This document shows, one piece after another, positions 50,583-62,201 of a DNA stretch of 64,000 nucleotides. A model generated the notes under the pieces. It did no database searches. It saw nothing but the letters and a program-made list of their open reading frames with translations, and had not been told where the DNA came from. The translations under genes and the position numbers were made by a program. The DNA lies in assembly GCA_965178125.1 (NCBI GenBank), contig OZ237740.1:124001-188000 (forward strand). Reading direction: 5' to 3'. How positions within the stretch are numbered: position 1 is the stretch's first letter; every line of letters starts with the position of its first letter. The stretch is from Bilabrum cf. latius. Its lineage: Eukaryota.

Positions 50583-53500
50583 TCACGAGACCACGCAGCA
50601 CCCGCTGCCGCCGTCCTGGCTTCCTGCGTCAGCCTGAGGGCTACTGGCTGCGGGGGCGGCGGCAGCGGGCGCCGGTGCTGGCTCAGCCTGCGCCTCGGGG
50701 TCAATTTCAGGTTCCGGTCCATCCACAGCTGCGGAACCCACGTTCATTGCACCGGGCCCGTCGCCTGCGCCCCCCCTGGCCGCCCGCGCCGCGGCGTCGT
50801 CGGCAGCAGCCGCGAAGGCAAGGAAATCCTCCGCATCCGTCGGTCCGTCCACCTTCCACTGAAAGACCACGCGGTCGGCACCGCTCACACTCACCAGCCG
50901 CTCGTCTCCCGGGAGCCAACGAACGTTCGTCACGAAGCTGGAGTGCCCGCCGAACACCTTGGACTGCTGCTTCTCGTCGCACGCAGGGAACCGGAACAGC
51001 CTCAGCTGCCTCTTTTCGTCGCCCACCGCGAGCACACCCCTCTGTTTTGACAGGTCGCAGGCCCTTACCGCATTCATGTCGATCGTCTCGTTGTGAGCCG
51101 CCATAGTCGCCCACTGGATGGTGCAGTGCTCCGAGGCCCACTTCTCCTGCTTGAGCTCAGAGGCAGAGGCGACATGCCTGCCCGTTGTGGCGTCGTAGAA
51201 CAGGAGCTCGTGAGCACCGTCGTTCACTCGGATGTACTTGCTGTTGGCGGACCAGTCGAAGTGCACGACGAACGAGTTGCTCTTCCTCAGCTTTTCCACC
51301 ACGCGGTACCCGTCCGTCGCGTCCATCACGTACACGCAGTTGTCGTGGGATCCGATGGCCAGGTACTTGCTGTCCGGTGAGAACTTGCAGTCCGAGATCC
51401 ACTCCTTGCTAAGGGGCCTCGCCGACTCGTACACCAGCTCGAGCGTCTCTGCGTTCAGCACGGCGAACCCACCCAACTTCTTGTCCTTGCCCCGCACTGT
51501 TCCCCCGAGATCGCCACCAAAGCCCACGGCCACGAGGTTGCCATCACCGGAGAAGGACACGCATCGGATCAGCGAGCCTAGGTCGCATTCGGCCAGCTGG
51601 GCGCATTTCTGCGCATCCCACAGCCTCAGTGTGTTGTCGTCGCCTGACGTCACAAACCGCTGCTCCGTGGGGTGGGCGGCCACGCCCCACAGCTCAGAGA
51701 ACACGCGGGGGCACCAGTGGCCGTGCACTACGGGCCTGCCGCCATGCAGCAGATCGCCAGACCCTGCGTCCATCTCCATCACGCGGCCAGACCGCAGCAC
51801 CGCTCCGTTCTTGGTGCCGTCCTGGCTTGCGGCAATGGCCACCACCTGGTTCAGCTTGGACACGGGCTTGCCCCCCGCCCCCCTGGTCACCAGGCTCTCG
51901 ATCTTGGACTCGACCTTCAGGGCGTCTGGGTCCAGCACGGCCACGGTGCCGTCGGAAGCACCGCAGACGAGCTGGCCGGTCGCAGGGTTCCTAGCGATGG
52001 AGAACACGGGCTGCCTGGACACCCGCTCGATGTCCGCCATGCGCCGACCCGCGAACTTAACTGCGTATCCCTTGGCTGACACGCCGTACACGGTGCCAGA
52101 AGGTGCAGCCCTCCGCCGCCCGCGCCTCCCGCTGGCAGCCGAGGCCGCCTCGCCATCCCCGGACGGAGGCACGGTGCACAGGGCGAGGAGTGGATCCCCT
52201 CTCATCTTCGGGTGGGAGATTCCCCTGGAGGAACGGCCGGTCCTCACGTCCCAGAAGTTGACCTGCCTCTTGTCCGACACGACCAGCGTGTCCTCGTCCT
52301 GGAAGGCGACGGAGCAGACGTACTCTGCCGAGCTGCCCGAGTTGGCGAGCAGCATCTCGCCCTTGCGCACGTCGTACACGTACACCGTGTGCTTGTCGTC
52401 CATGCACGCGAAACCGACTCTGTTCCCCGAGGGCGACCAGGCCAGCGACTTGACCTCCCTCATGCCGTGCTTGAGCGGGATTGTGGCGATCCTCTTGAGG
52501 GAGAGCGCGGGGTCCCTTGGCTTGGTGAGGCGCTTCTTGGGATTCTTGTGGTACTTGCTAGAGGGCCCCTTGCGTCGGCCCCGCTTGGCACGGGCAGCCT
52601 TCCTCTTGTTCCTCGCCTTAAGTGAGGCCTCATCCTCGAAGAAGTCCTCCACCTCACCGGAGCCCCCCGACCTGTCTTCCTCCTGTTCCTCCAGGCTCCA
52701 GATCAGCACGCGGGGCTTGGCGCCGCGGTCACCAGAGGCCGCCATAGTGCCGTCTGGTGACACGGCGAGTGACGTCACTCTGCATCGCCCATGACCCGTG
52801 AAATACTGCTGGGTGGCTGCCTCCCCCGTAGACTGCACCACCACCATGCCTCCGGCAGGGAACACCACACGCCCACTGGCATCGTACCCGATGGCAGAGT
52901 TGTAGATGGTCTTGTTGTAGTCGAGACGGTAGTCGTAGCACGCCACGCCGTGTACCCACTCCAGCTCAAGGTCGCACAGCGGAGGCTCGTAGTCAGGCCC
53001 GGCCCACCCCGCGGGCTCCGACGCCTTGATCGCACCTTCCCAAGGCTTTACGGCCATGTGTCCCACGTCGTCCGCCTTGCCGCCGATGGTCTCCACAGTG
53101 GGTCCATCCCCATCCCCATCCCCGTCACCCTCCTTCCCCTCCCCCGCACCCTCGTCGCCCTCCCCCTCACCCGCCTCTTCCCCTTCCTCCTCGCCCACAC
53201 CATCCGCCTCGTAGTCGCTGGGGTACTCGTCCCCGTCGACGTCGAACTCCTCATCGGGGTCCTCGTCGTCCGCCCCAGCGTGCTCCCCCGCACCGCTGGC
53301 AGGCCCCGCCTCGAATTCCTCGTCGGCGGCATCCGAGACGAACTCCATGAGGCTCGCGCACTCGTCACTCGAAGCGGCGGCGAATGAGACCTCCAGGGCG
53401 TCGACCTTGTCGCCGCCACCCCCACCTGCCGACTCGGCTCCCTCATTCGCCTCCGCTGCCTTTGCGCGCGCGTCTGAGATGATCTTCTCGGCCACGGTGC

Positions 53501-54288
53501 CTGCTTGCTCCAGCAAGGCGGCGGGGTCGCCCTCCAGGTTGGTGGCAGCAGCAGAGGCCGCGGCGATGAGTGCGCGGGCGACAGCGGCCACACCATCCGC
53601 ATCAACGGCGCCCAGTTCTTCGCTCTGGTAGTCAACCGCGAGCTGCGTGAGCTCAAAGGCCTGGTCTGTCAGCGAGAGGTCGGAGCCGGCGACGGCCAGA
53701 ATCACCACACGCTTTGCGACATCCACGTCCTGCGAAAACTCATATTGAACAAAAAGGAGATCTCGCTAGTGTCAGCTTCATGCGCCACGCGCTCGAGGCG
53801 AGCTCCCGTGATGACCCGAGGCCTGCAGCTCGCGCGCGAGAACGAGATCGGGAGCGGGTAGTCATCCCTTTTGGCAGCAATATGCAGACCAGCAGCGGCA
53901 GGGAGGCATCAATTACATTATGAACAGCTAAATCATGCCAGTTTAAACAATTAAGCATGCCGGAAATTCGCAAAAACTGGTACCTCACGCCGAGTGGAGC
54001 GATCAGATCGTCCTTCTGTTCGTCTGGCACGGCATCTCCGAGAATTGCTTTGACGCCGTCCTAATCAATGGTAGGGTTTGATACTGCCTGGTCCTGGTAG
54101 CGAGCCACCATGTCGCGCGCTGTCTCGGCACGTACTGCGGTACGAAAGGCGAAACCGAAAGAAACGCTGCAGCCGTGGCAAGGCCAGCAAAAAATAGTAA
54201 TCGAAGGAAGCTAATGGAATCGATACTCACAGCCAATGAGCGGCTTTACGAAATCATTGAATTGTGCTGTGCTGCTTTGCTATCCCAT
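50583..54288 (-). CDS. EML (echinoderm microtubule-associated protein-like; HELP + WD40) protein
   Basis: AVKPWEGAI, LELEWVHG, WD40 repeats (ELWGVAAHP, LAIGSHDN, GHSSFVTNVRW), C-terminus CCVVS then TGA. Inferred exon 1 54288-54231 (MG*QSS) and intron 54230-54135. The second intron (~53990-53730) has uncertain boundaries. Confidence 0.85.
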
Positions 54289-54488
54289 TGTATATGATCA
54301 GCTGTGAATGAGACTGGTGCGAGGCGCGCGACCAGCCGGGCTCAACGGAACCACGATGTTGCGACCAAAATAATGCCCAAAGTTGGTTGCAACCGCAAGC
54401 CCACCTCAAGCTCTTGGATCGATCAGTAGGTCCTCATCGATCTGTGCAAGGAAACTTTGAGGTACGTGTTAAGGTTGCTACACCAGCC

Positions 54489-57400
54489 ATGAGTAGGGCG
54501 TTGTTGAAGGCTATTCGGCTCGGGAACACGGTGTCTGTCGCCAAGAAAGTGAGCCGACCCAACGCGTTTGCCTGCACGTTTCGCCGCACGCTTGGCCTTC
54601 CACGTACAGTGATTTACGACGTATCATCTGCCACATTGGTTTTCAATACGTTCGCAGCTTGAGGAGACTGCCATAAACCCCAATGAGCGCGACGTGGCTG
54701 GTGCTACGCCCATCATGCACGCTGCATGGTGGGGCCACGTTGGGATTGTAGAGGCTTTGATTTCCTCGGGAGCCAACCCAAATGTGAGACATATACTTGA
54801 CGAATTGCTTTGCCCGGTCTCTGCGCGTCGTAGGGCTTCCAGTAGGTGATTGTCGTGCGATGTGATGGCGCGCACCTTGTCGGTCCATAGTTTTCCTTGC
54901 AACCAACGCAGGCACACAACCTAAACCTTAACACTCCCCTGCATTTCGCGTATGAACGCGGTCATAGGCAGGTTGTCGAACTTCTTCTGGCCCGCGGGGC
55001 TGCGCCGAGCGCCCACAAACGGAATCGTCGCGGCTTCCTGCCAAGGGAGCTGGGCACCGACGCCAACCCCGTCAGGCGATTCATTCAGACCGTCCTTGGC
55101 GGCAGATCGAAATCCGAGGCACCCTCTGTCGAAGAAATGGCGACTCCGCGACCTCGAACGCTCCGTGCTCTTGGCACCTCGGCTGCAGCGCCGGGAGGGG
55201 GCGCCTCCTCGTCCTCCAAGCCGCGAAGGACCTCTTCCACCAACCCCGCCACTTCGTCAGCATTGTTGCAGCAGGCACAGGCGGTACGCGCAAAGGACCA
55301 TGACACTCATCACACCGCTGCAGCCTCGGAGTTTCCGCGGAGCTCCAGCCTCCAGCAGCCCTCGACAGCGACTGCGGCCTCGGAGGGCGGCACAATCACG
55401 GTCCCGCCCTCGCTGCCGCAGTCAAGACGCACCGGTGCTACCCAGGGAACAGAGTAGGGAACAATCCAGGGAACAGGACCTCATGTGCCGCACCTACCGG
55501 TGGGGGGGAGCCAGAGCGGTACCCGTGTGACGAGTTAGTCCCGATCGCACAGCGCCAGAGCGACTCCCGGGGACGGCGCGGCGCCGCTGGTTCCGCAGCG
55601 GGAGCAGCGCTCGTGGCGGTCGCTGCCTGCAACGTCTGCTTCCGGTGCCGGCGGGGCCGCGCTCGTCACCACACCCGACGAGGACCGGGACGATTCCGAG
55701 TCCTGGTTCTTCGAGTCCGAGGTTGCGACCGGCACGGATGGGTCAGATGCGACCGGCGGCGGTGATGACTCGAGCACGTCGCTACTGGGTGCGCCCCCGC
55801 GTCCCCGGGGGGACTCGAGTGGACCCCGGGGAGCCCACCTGAGCACCGGCGGGGTCAGCGGCGAGGCGGGGCGGGGGCAAAGTGATAGCACTGGGGTGGG
55901 GGTCAGCTTCGATGCGCGGTCGGGGGGCGTCGCCGGCGACGAACCCCTGAGGGAAGGTTCGGTGACGGCGCGCACGGCCCCTGCAGCGGATCGGATCGGT
56001 GACGGTGCGACCGGGCACAGCCCGGGCAGCTTTGCGAGTCTCAGGAGCCGTGACGAATCCAGGGAACACACGGATCACTCGCACCATGGAGATGCAATGA
56101 GTGAAGATGAAGATGGGAGGTCCTACGCGAGTGCCTGCGACGGTGACCACGGCCAGGGGAGGGGCGCCGGCTGGGTGGCGTCTGGGTCCGCCTCGGGGAG
56201 CGTGGCATCTGAAGGTGGTCGGCGCCCCAGGATCGGTTGCAACCATTTCGACCCGTCCGAGGAGCACACATCGGGCTACGCCGATGGTGGATACTCGTCA
56301 CACCCAGCCCTCTCCCCCGGGATGGACGAGGACGTGGAGTCGCGGCCTCGTTTCAACTCGACGGGGTCCGATGACATCCACGGGCGCGGTGGCCAAACCC
56401 GTCCGGTTGCAACCGGGCAGACGAACCCGCAGCCAGTGGCCCCGCCACCGCTGCCACTTTCCCCACCCCCAGTGCCCAGGGGTAGCGCCGATGGGATTGC
56501 ATCCGCTGTGTCGCCTCAGGCACAGCAAGGCGGTGTTGGGCGAGGCAAGCCGGTCCCGCCCACCAGGCGGACTGTCGGGTTTCCGCCGAAAGCGCCCGAC
56601 AGGGGTAGTGGCACTGGTGGCGGTAAGTCCCATTCTACGTCTTCTGCTGGTAGTCAGCCGTCTGCAACACCTGGGAACACCCGAGGCGACCAGTAGGAGG
56701 AGACCCCAGCAGAAGAATCTGGCAGTGCCAAGAAGCTGCCCAATCCTGCCCTGGGCTCAGTACGTGCCTCCGCTGCTGCAGTGGGCGGTGGCATCAACAG
56801 CACGGCCGCATCCACACCGCCAAGACCGCCTTCACGAATCCGCGGCACGTCCGCCCCACATGGGCCCGATGCGACCAACTAGAATGCGAACTAGAATGCG
56901 GGCGAGGACAGCGATGGCAGCAAGGCAAGGCGGGTCAAGCAAGGCAAGTACTCTACCATCGGCGGGATGCGAACCGCAAGGACAAAGCACGGGCCAGGTC
57001 CCTCCAGCGAAGGCAAAGCGAAGGCCGGGCGCTACGGCACGACCGGAGGAAGGCGAGGCAGCACCGGGCCGATCGACAAGCGACTGCTGCAGAGCCTTCG
57101 TGTGGATCCCTGCGTGGGAGTCAGGTATGCCATATAGGCGTAGGCCTCCCACGGCATGGGATCGGTGCGGCGGTCGTTTCGGGAGGGTAGTCCGGTGTGG
57201 GAGCGTGACTGGGGGGAGGGGGCTGATTCATCCTCTTCGGGTGAGGAGGGCGGGCGCCGTGGCGGTGCTGGTCGGGGCAGGGGGAGGCGGCCTCGCAGAC
57301 AGCGCGGGAGAATGCTTCCGGGCAGCAGGTTAAGGGATTCGTCGGTCAGCAGCACCAGCTCTGATTCAGATGACGAGGACGGGAACGTGGCGTCCGGCGA

Positions 57401-59648
57401 GGCGGGGATTGGCCGTAGGGGCGCGTCGAGCGGTGCGCTTGGAGGTCAGGGCGACGACGAGATGGGAGGCACCGGCGCCGCGTACCCGTCTTCTTCGCTC
57501 TCTCGCCGGTTCAGCAGACGGGCTCTGTACACGAATCGTGCTGCCATCAGCCTCCCAGGCGGTACAATGACCCTCAGGGAGGTATTCGACCTGGCTGACT
57601 TGGATGAGGACGGGCTGCTTGACGAGAAAGAGGAACTGCGCGCCGCGCTCGTGGCGATCGGCCTGGAGTGGGGTCCAGAGCACCTGTCTGCGTGCAGGGC
57701 GGGGGGTGTGAGGGGCCTGGGTCGGATGCTGAGGAGGCGAGCGCGTGCCAGGGAACAAGCCAAGCAGGCTGCGCAGCTGGCCAAGATGGCCGGTGCTACC
57801 GCTGGATCGGGTGGGATGGGGGGCGGCGCCGGCGGCAGTTCTTCGGGTGGTGCCAGAGGCCGGCGAGCCACGGTGGCGCTGGGCAGGATGGGCGCCGGCA
57901 TGCCTCCCATGATTCGAAGGACGTCCACGGACGGAGGCTTCAGGAGCTCTTCCAGGATTGCCGCCATTCCGGAGGAGTCCTTCGTACCTGATGGTTCCAA
58001 TGACCACGACGCGACGAGCCGGCCGGGAGGGCTGACCCGTGACGGCACGTCAGGCAGGTCCGGTCACCAACAGGCAGGAGCAGGCGAGCTGACGGCCAGC
58101 CGAACCAGCAAGGTGGCCAAAGGCGTCCCACCGACCAGCTCAAGTCCGGAAGGCTCAGCCACTGCCTCAAACGCCGTGCTATCCATCCCGAACGAGCCCT
58201 TGGATACCCCTGTGGCCAGCCTGCCCAAGCGGTCAGCTACCCCTCCCCAGCGAAGGGGGTCCAAGATCGGGGAGGAGTCCGGAATCGAAAAGACCGCGAC
58301 CAGGGAGCCGCGGACGACCAGGGGCAGCCGCAACGGGACGGACTGGTTCCGGCACGGCGTTACTTTCGTGCAGTACAGTGCCATCAGCGAAACGCTGCAG
58401 AGGCACGGGGCACAGATGGACCCAAGCGCCTCGCTGGAGCGGGGCATGGCGCAGGAGCTGGGGCTGGACCTCGGCACAGGTGCTGCGATCGGGGCTGCTG
58501 CGGGTGCGAACGGCGCCGGGATTGATGCCATCGGTGGCTTGCAGGAGCGAGCGAACATCGGTGCGTCTGCAGGCGGCTCTGAACGCCAGGACGGTTCCGC
58601 GGGTTCTGGGGCTGCGCGGTTTGCGGGACTGGGTGATCTCACGCCCGTGATTGGCGGCGGGAATGAAGGTCACTCCAAGCTGATGGCTGCCCGCATGCCT
58701 GGCATGCCCCTTGGGCTTCGGTCGTGGACCAGGCAGCAGCAGGAATAGCTCGACAGTGGCGGTGCGGATGCACTGAGGAGCGCGCTGCTGTCCCGTAAGG
58801 CCGGCAAGCACAGCCCGAGAGTTGACCCCGATGCCCCTGCGCGTGGGAGTCCCGAACATGCAGCTGGGCACGCTGCTGGCTCAAAACCTTCGCCTGAGGG
58901 CGTCAGATCCTCCGCACTAGACAAGAAGGGCAGCGCTGGCGCTGAGGAGAGTGCCACCATGGACACCGGTGGTCAAACTGAGGTAATCGGTGCAGCTGGA
59001 CCAATGGTTTCCACCGCTGTTGAGGGGCAGCGGAAGTAGCAGCATCAGTAGCAGTAGCAGGCATCTGCCGAATCCGTGGACATGAAATCGCAGTGCGTGC
59101 TGGGGCCGATCCTGCCCGAGGGCGCCGCACCTCCGCCCCTGGTGTTCCTGGGGGGGGGCTGCAACCCAACCACGTGGCGTTTCGATGCGGCCATCCCCCG
59201 GTTGCTTGCAGCCAGCATGCGGTGCTACAACCCCCAGGTGGAGGAATGGGACCCCTCTCTGATCCAGCTGGAGGAGACGGCCAAGCAGGAGGCTGACGTG
59301 CTCCTCTTCGTGATCGGGCCTGAGACCAGGGCGGTGGCCAGCATGATCGAGGTGGCAGAGCTGGCGGCCGACCCCAGCTCAACGGATAGATTGGTGGTGG
59401 TCGTGGAAGACGTGCCCGCGGGCGCTTCCATCGGGGAGGAAAAGGTGGGGCCCTCACAGCTGAAGGACCTCAACAGAGGCAGGGCTTATTTGGCGAAGTG
59501 CCTGGATAGGCACGGTGTTCCGGCCATGTCCGACGTGGGTGCGGGCGTGGAGGAGTGCATTCGAAGGTGCAAGAAGGTCATGAAGCAGGAACGGAGGAAG
59601 CAGAAGCACATCCTCAAGAGCAGGGCCGGGCCTGGACCGCTGTACTGA
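54489..59648 (+). CDS. Ankyrin repeat + EF-hand + nucleoside 2-deoxyribosyltransferase-like (Raw-like) domain protein
   Basis: Introns 54549-54657 and 54784-54911. Ankyrin motifs TPIMHAAWWGH and TPLHFAYERGH, EF-hand DLDEDGLLDEKE, C-terminal VFLGGGCNPTTWR...YNPQVEEW...TRAVASMIE...DLNRGRAYL. Eleven in-frame TAG (55455, 55536, 56694, 56880, 56892, 57135, 57141, 58746, 59037, 59049, 59055). Ends TGA. Confidence 0.82.
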
Positions 59649-60173
59649 TCATCACCGGCCACGGCTTGTTGGGCGTGTGCTGCTCAATGCTGTCCTGCTC
59701 AAGTTTGAATCACTTATTCCTGAAATGTATGTGTGAGGTACATACAAAGATTATTTGAACTGTATCATCGAGATCGGTAAATGTAGCCGTGCTGGCGAGT
59801 GTATACCGGGATCCAATGCAAGAGATCGATTATTCCAGCGCTTCATGCTGCACCAAACAAATAATTGGCCAGCCGGACAGACAGTGTGTATGTTTGACCG
59901 TAAAAAACGAATGCCACTTCGATACCACGACGCCGGCGGGAGATATTCGCACAACTGCAACTGCGCACTGCGATGTGACTGCCTGCACATGCCAGTTCTA
60001 GACGATTGACTGCTTATCTGCTTAATTCTGTAAACAACTACTTTAGGTCATTGTGGCCGCACACACGTTGTCAACAGTGTCAACAACTGACAGTTGGCAA
60101 ACTAGTTTTAGACACTCGGCCAGGACCAGCAGCAGTAAGCGAGAACTGGACATTAGCGAACCTCCAAACAGCT

Positions 60174-62016
60174 TCAGGCTAGCGGCTTGCTACGCACGAC
60201 CCAGAAGTCATCAGAGTACTTGCCATGGGGCGCCTTGTGATTCTCGGCCGTCTGCACGAAGGTCAAGTGAGCATGAGTGGCGTTCATCGCCTGGTATGTG
60301 GAGAACCCGTAGGAATTGCTGCACGTCCTCATCCTCTCGTCAGAATGGTTGCAGTTTCCGTTGTCCTCGCGGTTGCCTGCCGCTCCCGTGATCACAGGAA
60401 TGATGTACTCGGGGTCGCGCACCACGCCGGGATCGCTGCCTGGGTATGCCTTGCCGGACACGGGGTCCACTGGCCAGAAGGCCTGGTAGTTGTGCACGTG
60501 GCCCACGAAGAGGAAATCAGCGCCCTTGGCCTGCGTCACCGTGGAAATGGGCGGTGTGGCTGTCTAGTGTGCGGCATCATCAAGGTCAATCCGTCACTGG
60601 CAGTCAGTCGGTCACAAGAGTGTGCGCGCACAAAGGTCATCATCAAAGCGGGCACCGTGGCTGCATTGCACTGCATTTCATTGATTTGCACTGCATTGCA
60701 CTCACGATAAGAGGGCTAATTCCGGTGAAGTTAGTGTTCATGTCGCTGTTAAGGCCGGTCCAGCTCTTGTGGGCGATGGCCACGACCCAGGGGGTCACAG
60801 AGCGGTCCACACCGCTGACTTCTTTGTGAATGAACGCGATCATGCGGTCGATCTCCGCCTGGTCCTGGTAGTAGACGAAGGCCTCGCTGGAAAAGTGCAC
60901 GAAGCGGGTGAGGCCGTACGTGTACGCGTAGTAGATGGCGCTATCGGAGCCCGAGCGACGCCCTGCGTAGTAGCCCACGCCCCTGAACCGCATCTTGTAC
61001 TCGGTGAAGTTGGCGCCGCGCTCGTGGTTGCCGGGACAGGGCATGTACGTGTACTGGGACGTGAACGGTGTCACCATCTGCTAGTAGAGTCCCAAGATGC
61101 AGAGAAATATGCGTGAGCAAAATGACAGATGCCTTGCAGGTGGTGCTAGCGACACGAATACAGCCAGGAAGACATCGATTTGCAGACCCTCGGCCATAAG
61201 GAAGCCCTCGCTCGAGCCAGCCTCTCGGCCCGCCTGTATCCCTAGTCTATCTCACGTCCATGTACTTGTTGCCCACAGTGCTTGACTCCGAGTCAAAGTC
61301 ATACGCAAACTGCGGGAGAGATACGCGGGGAATATTTGTCACTGGGACTTTCAGCGTACACTCTTGGGTGACGGCAATGCCAGCGGTCAAGGTCTTGGTC
61401 AAGGTGCGGTCGGAGCTGCGCTTCGCCTAAAGTCATAATACAGTCACATGAGATACCCGAGCCCCCGCAAACAACGAAAACGCCTATATCGATGATATGA
61501 AATGGGTTCGTGGAGCATAACCGCATCCAAGCAGCAGTACAAGCAATACTAACACCAACTGCAACTCACATCGCCCGCATGAATGATTGCGTCGTAAGAG
61601 CTCTTCTGCGCTTCTTCGATCAGCTTTGGTACGCTCATTGCATTTTCATATCCCATGTCTGCAAAGATGCTGACGACAGGGGGGCGGTTGCCCACGGTTC
61701 CGGTGGAAAAGTTGGCGGTGAACGACTTTTGGATCTCGTACACGATCCGGGCGTCTTGCTCCAGATCTACGAGCTCAGCGTTGCAGAGGTGTCCGATCGT
61801 CGAATATTCAACGCAGTAGCCTGTAGCAGTCTTGCTGAGAGGACCTCCAGCGGGCCCGTAGGCTACAGTGTTACCCGGATACTGGGATGAGACCCATTCT
61901 ACGACACGGTTGTTCGGCGCGCCGTCCCCTGCCAGCGACAGGTGCACCTGGGACACTGATGCAGTAGCAATAGTAGCAGAAATAGCCAAAAGGATTCTCT
62001 CTGCCACGGTGCGCAT
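60174..62016 (-). CDS. Purple acid phosphatase (metallophosphoesterase), secreted
   Basis: Signal peptide and metal-ligand motifs FADMG, AGD|FAYD, PGNHE, AHK, GHVHNY. Introns 61569-61310, 61255-~61080 and 60705-60531. Ends TGA. Confidence 0.9.
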
Positions 62017-62201
62017 TCTGCGGCGGAAGATATTCTGCAGGCCCTTCGACAAGGTGCACCTCAAGAAATACAGATTTTGTGTTTATTATAAGGTGTGGAA
62101 TAGCTCGCGACAACGCAACTACGCAACGAAGACCACAAAATATCATATCCCCGAGTCAAGACTCAACCTGCTGCCCCCAACATGCCCTGTCTGTCAGACG
62201 T

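Noticed and set aside
51232-52794. Long antisense ORFs (e.g. 51232..52794 +, 6907..8157 +, 33406..34683 +, 45550..46740 +)
   Set aside because: These are shadows of GC-rich genes on the opposite strand, with no recognisable motifs.
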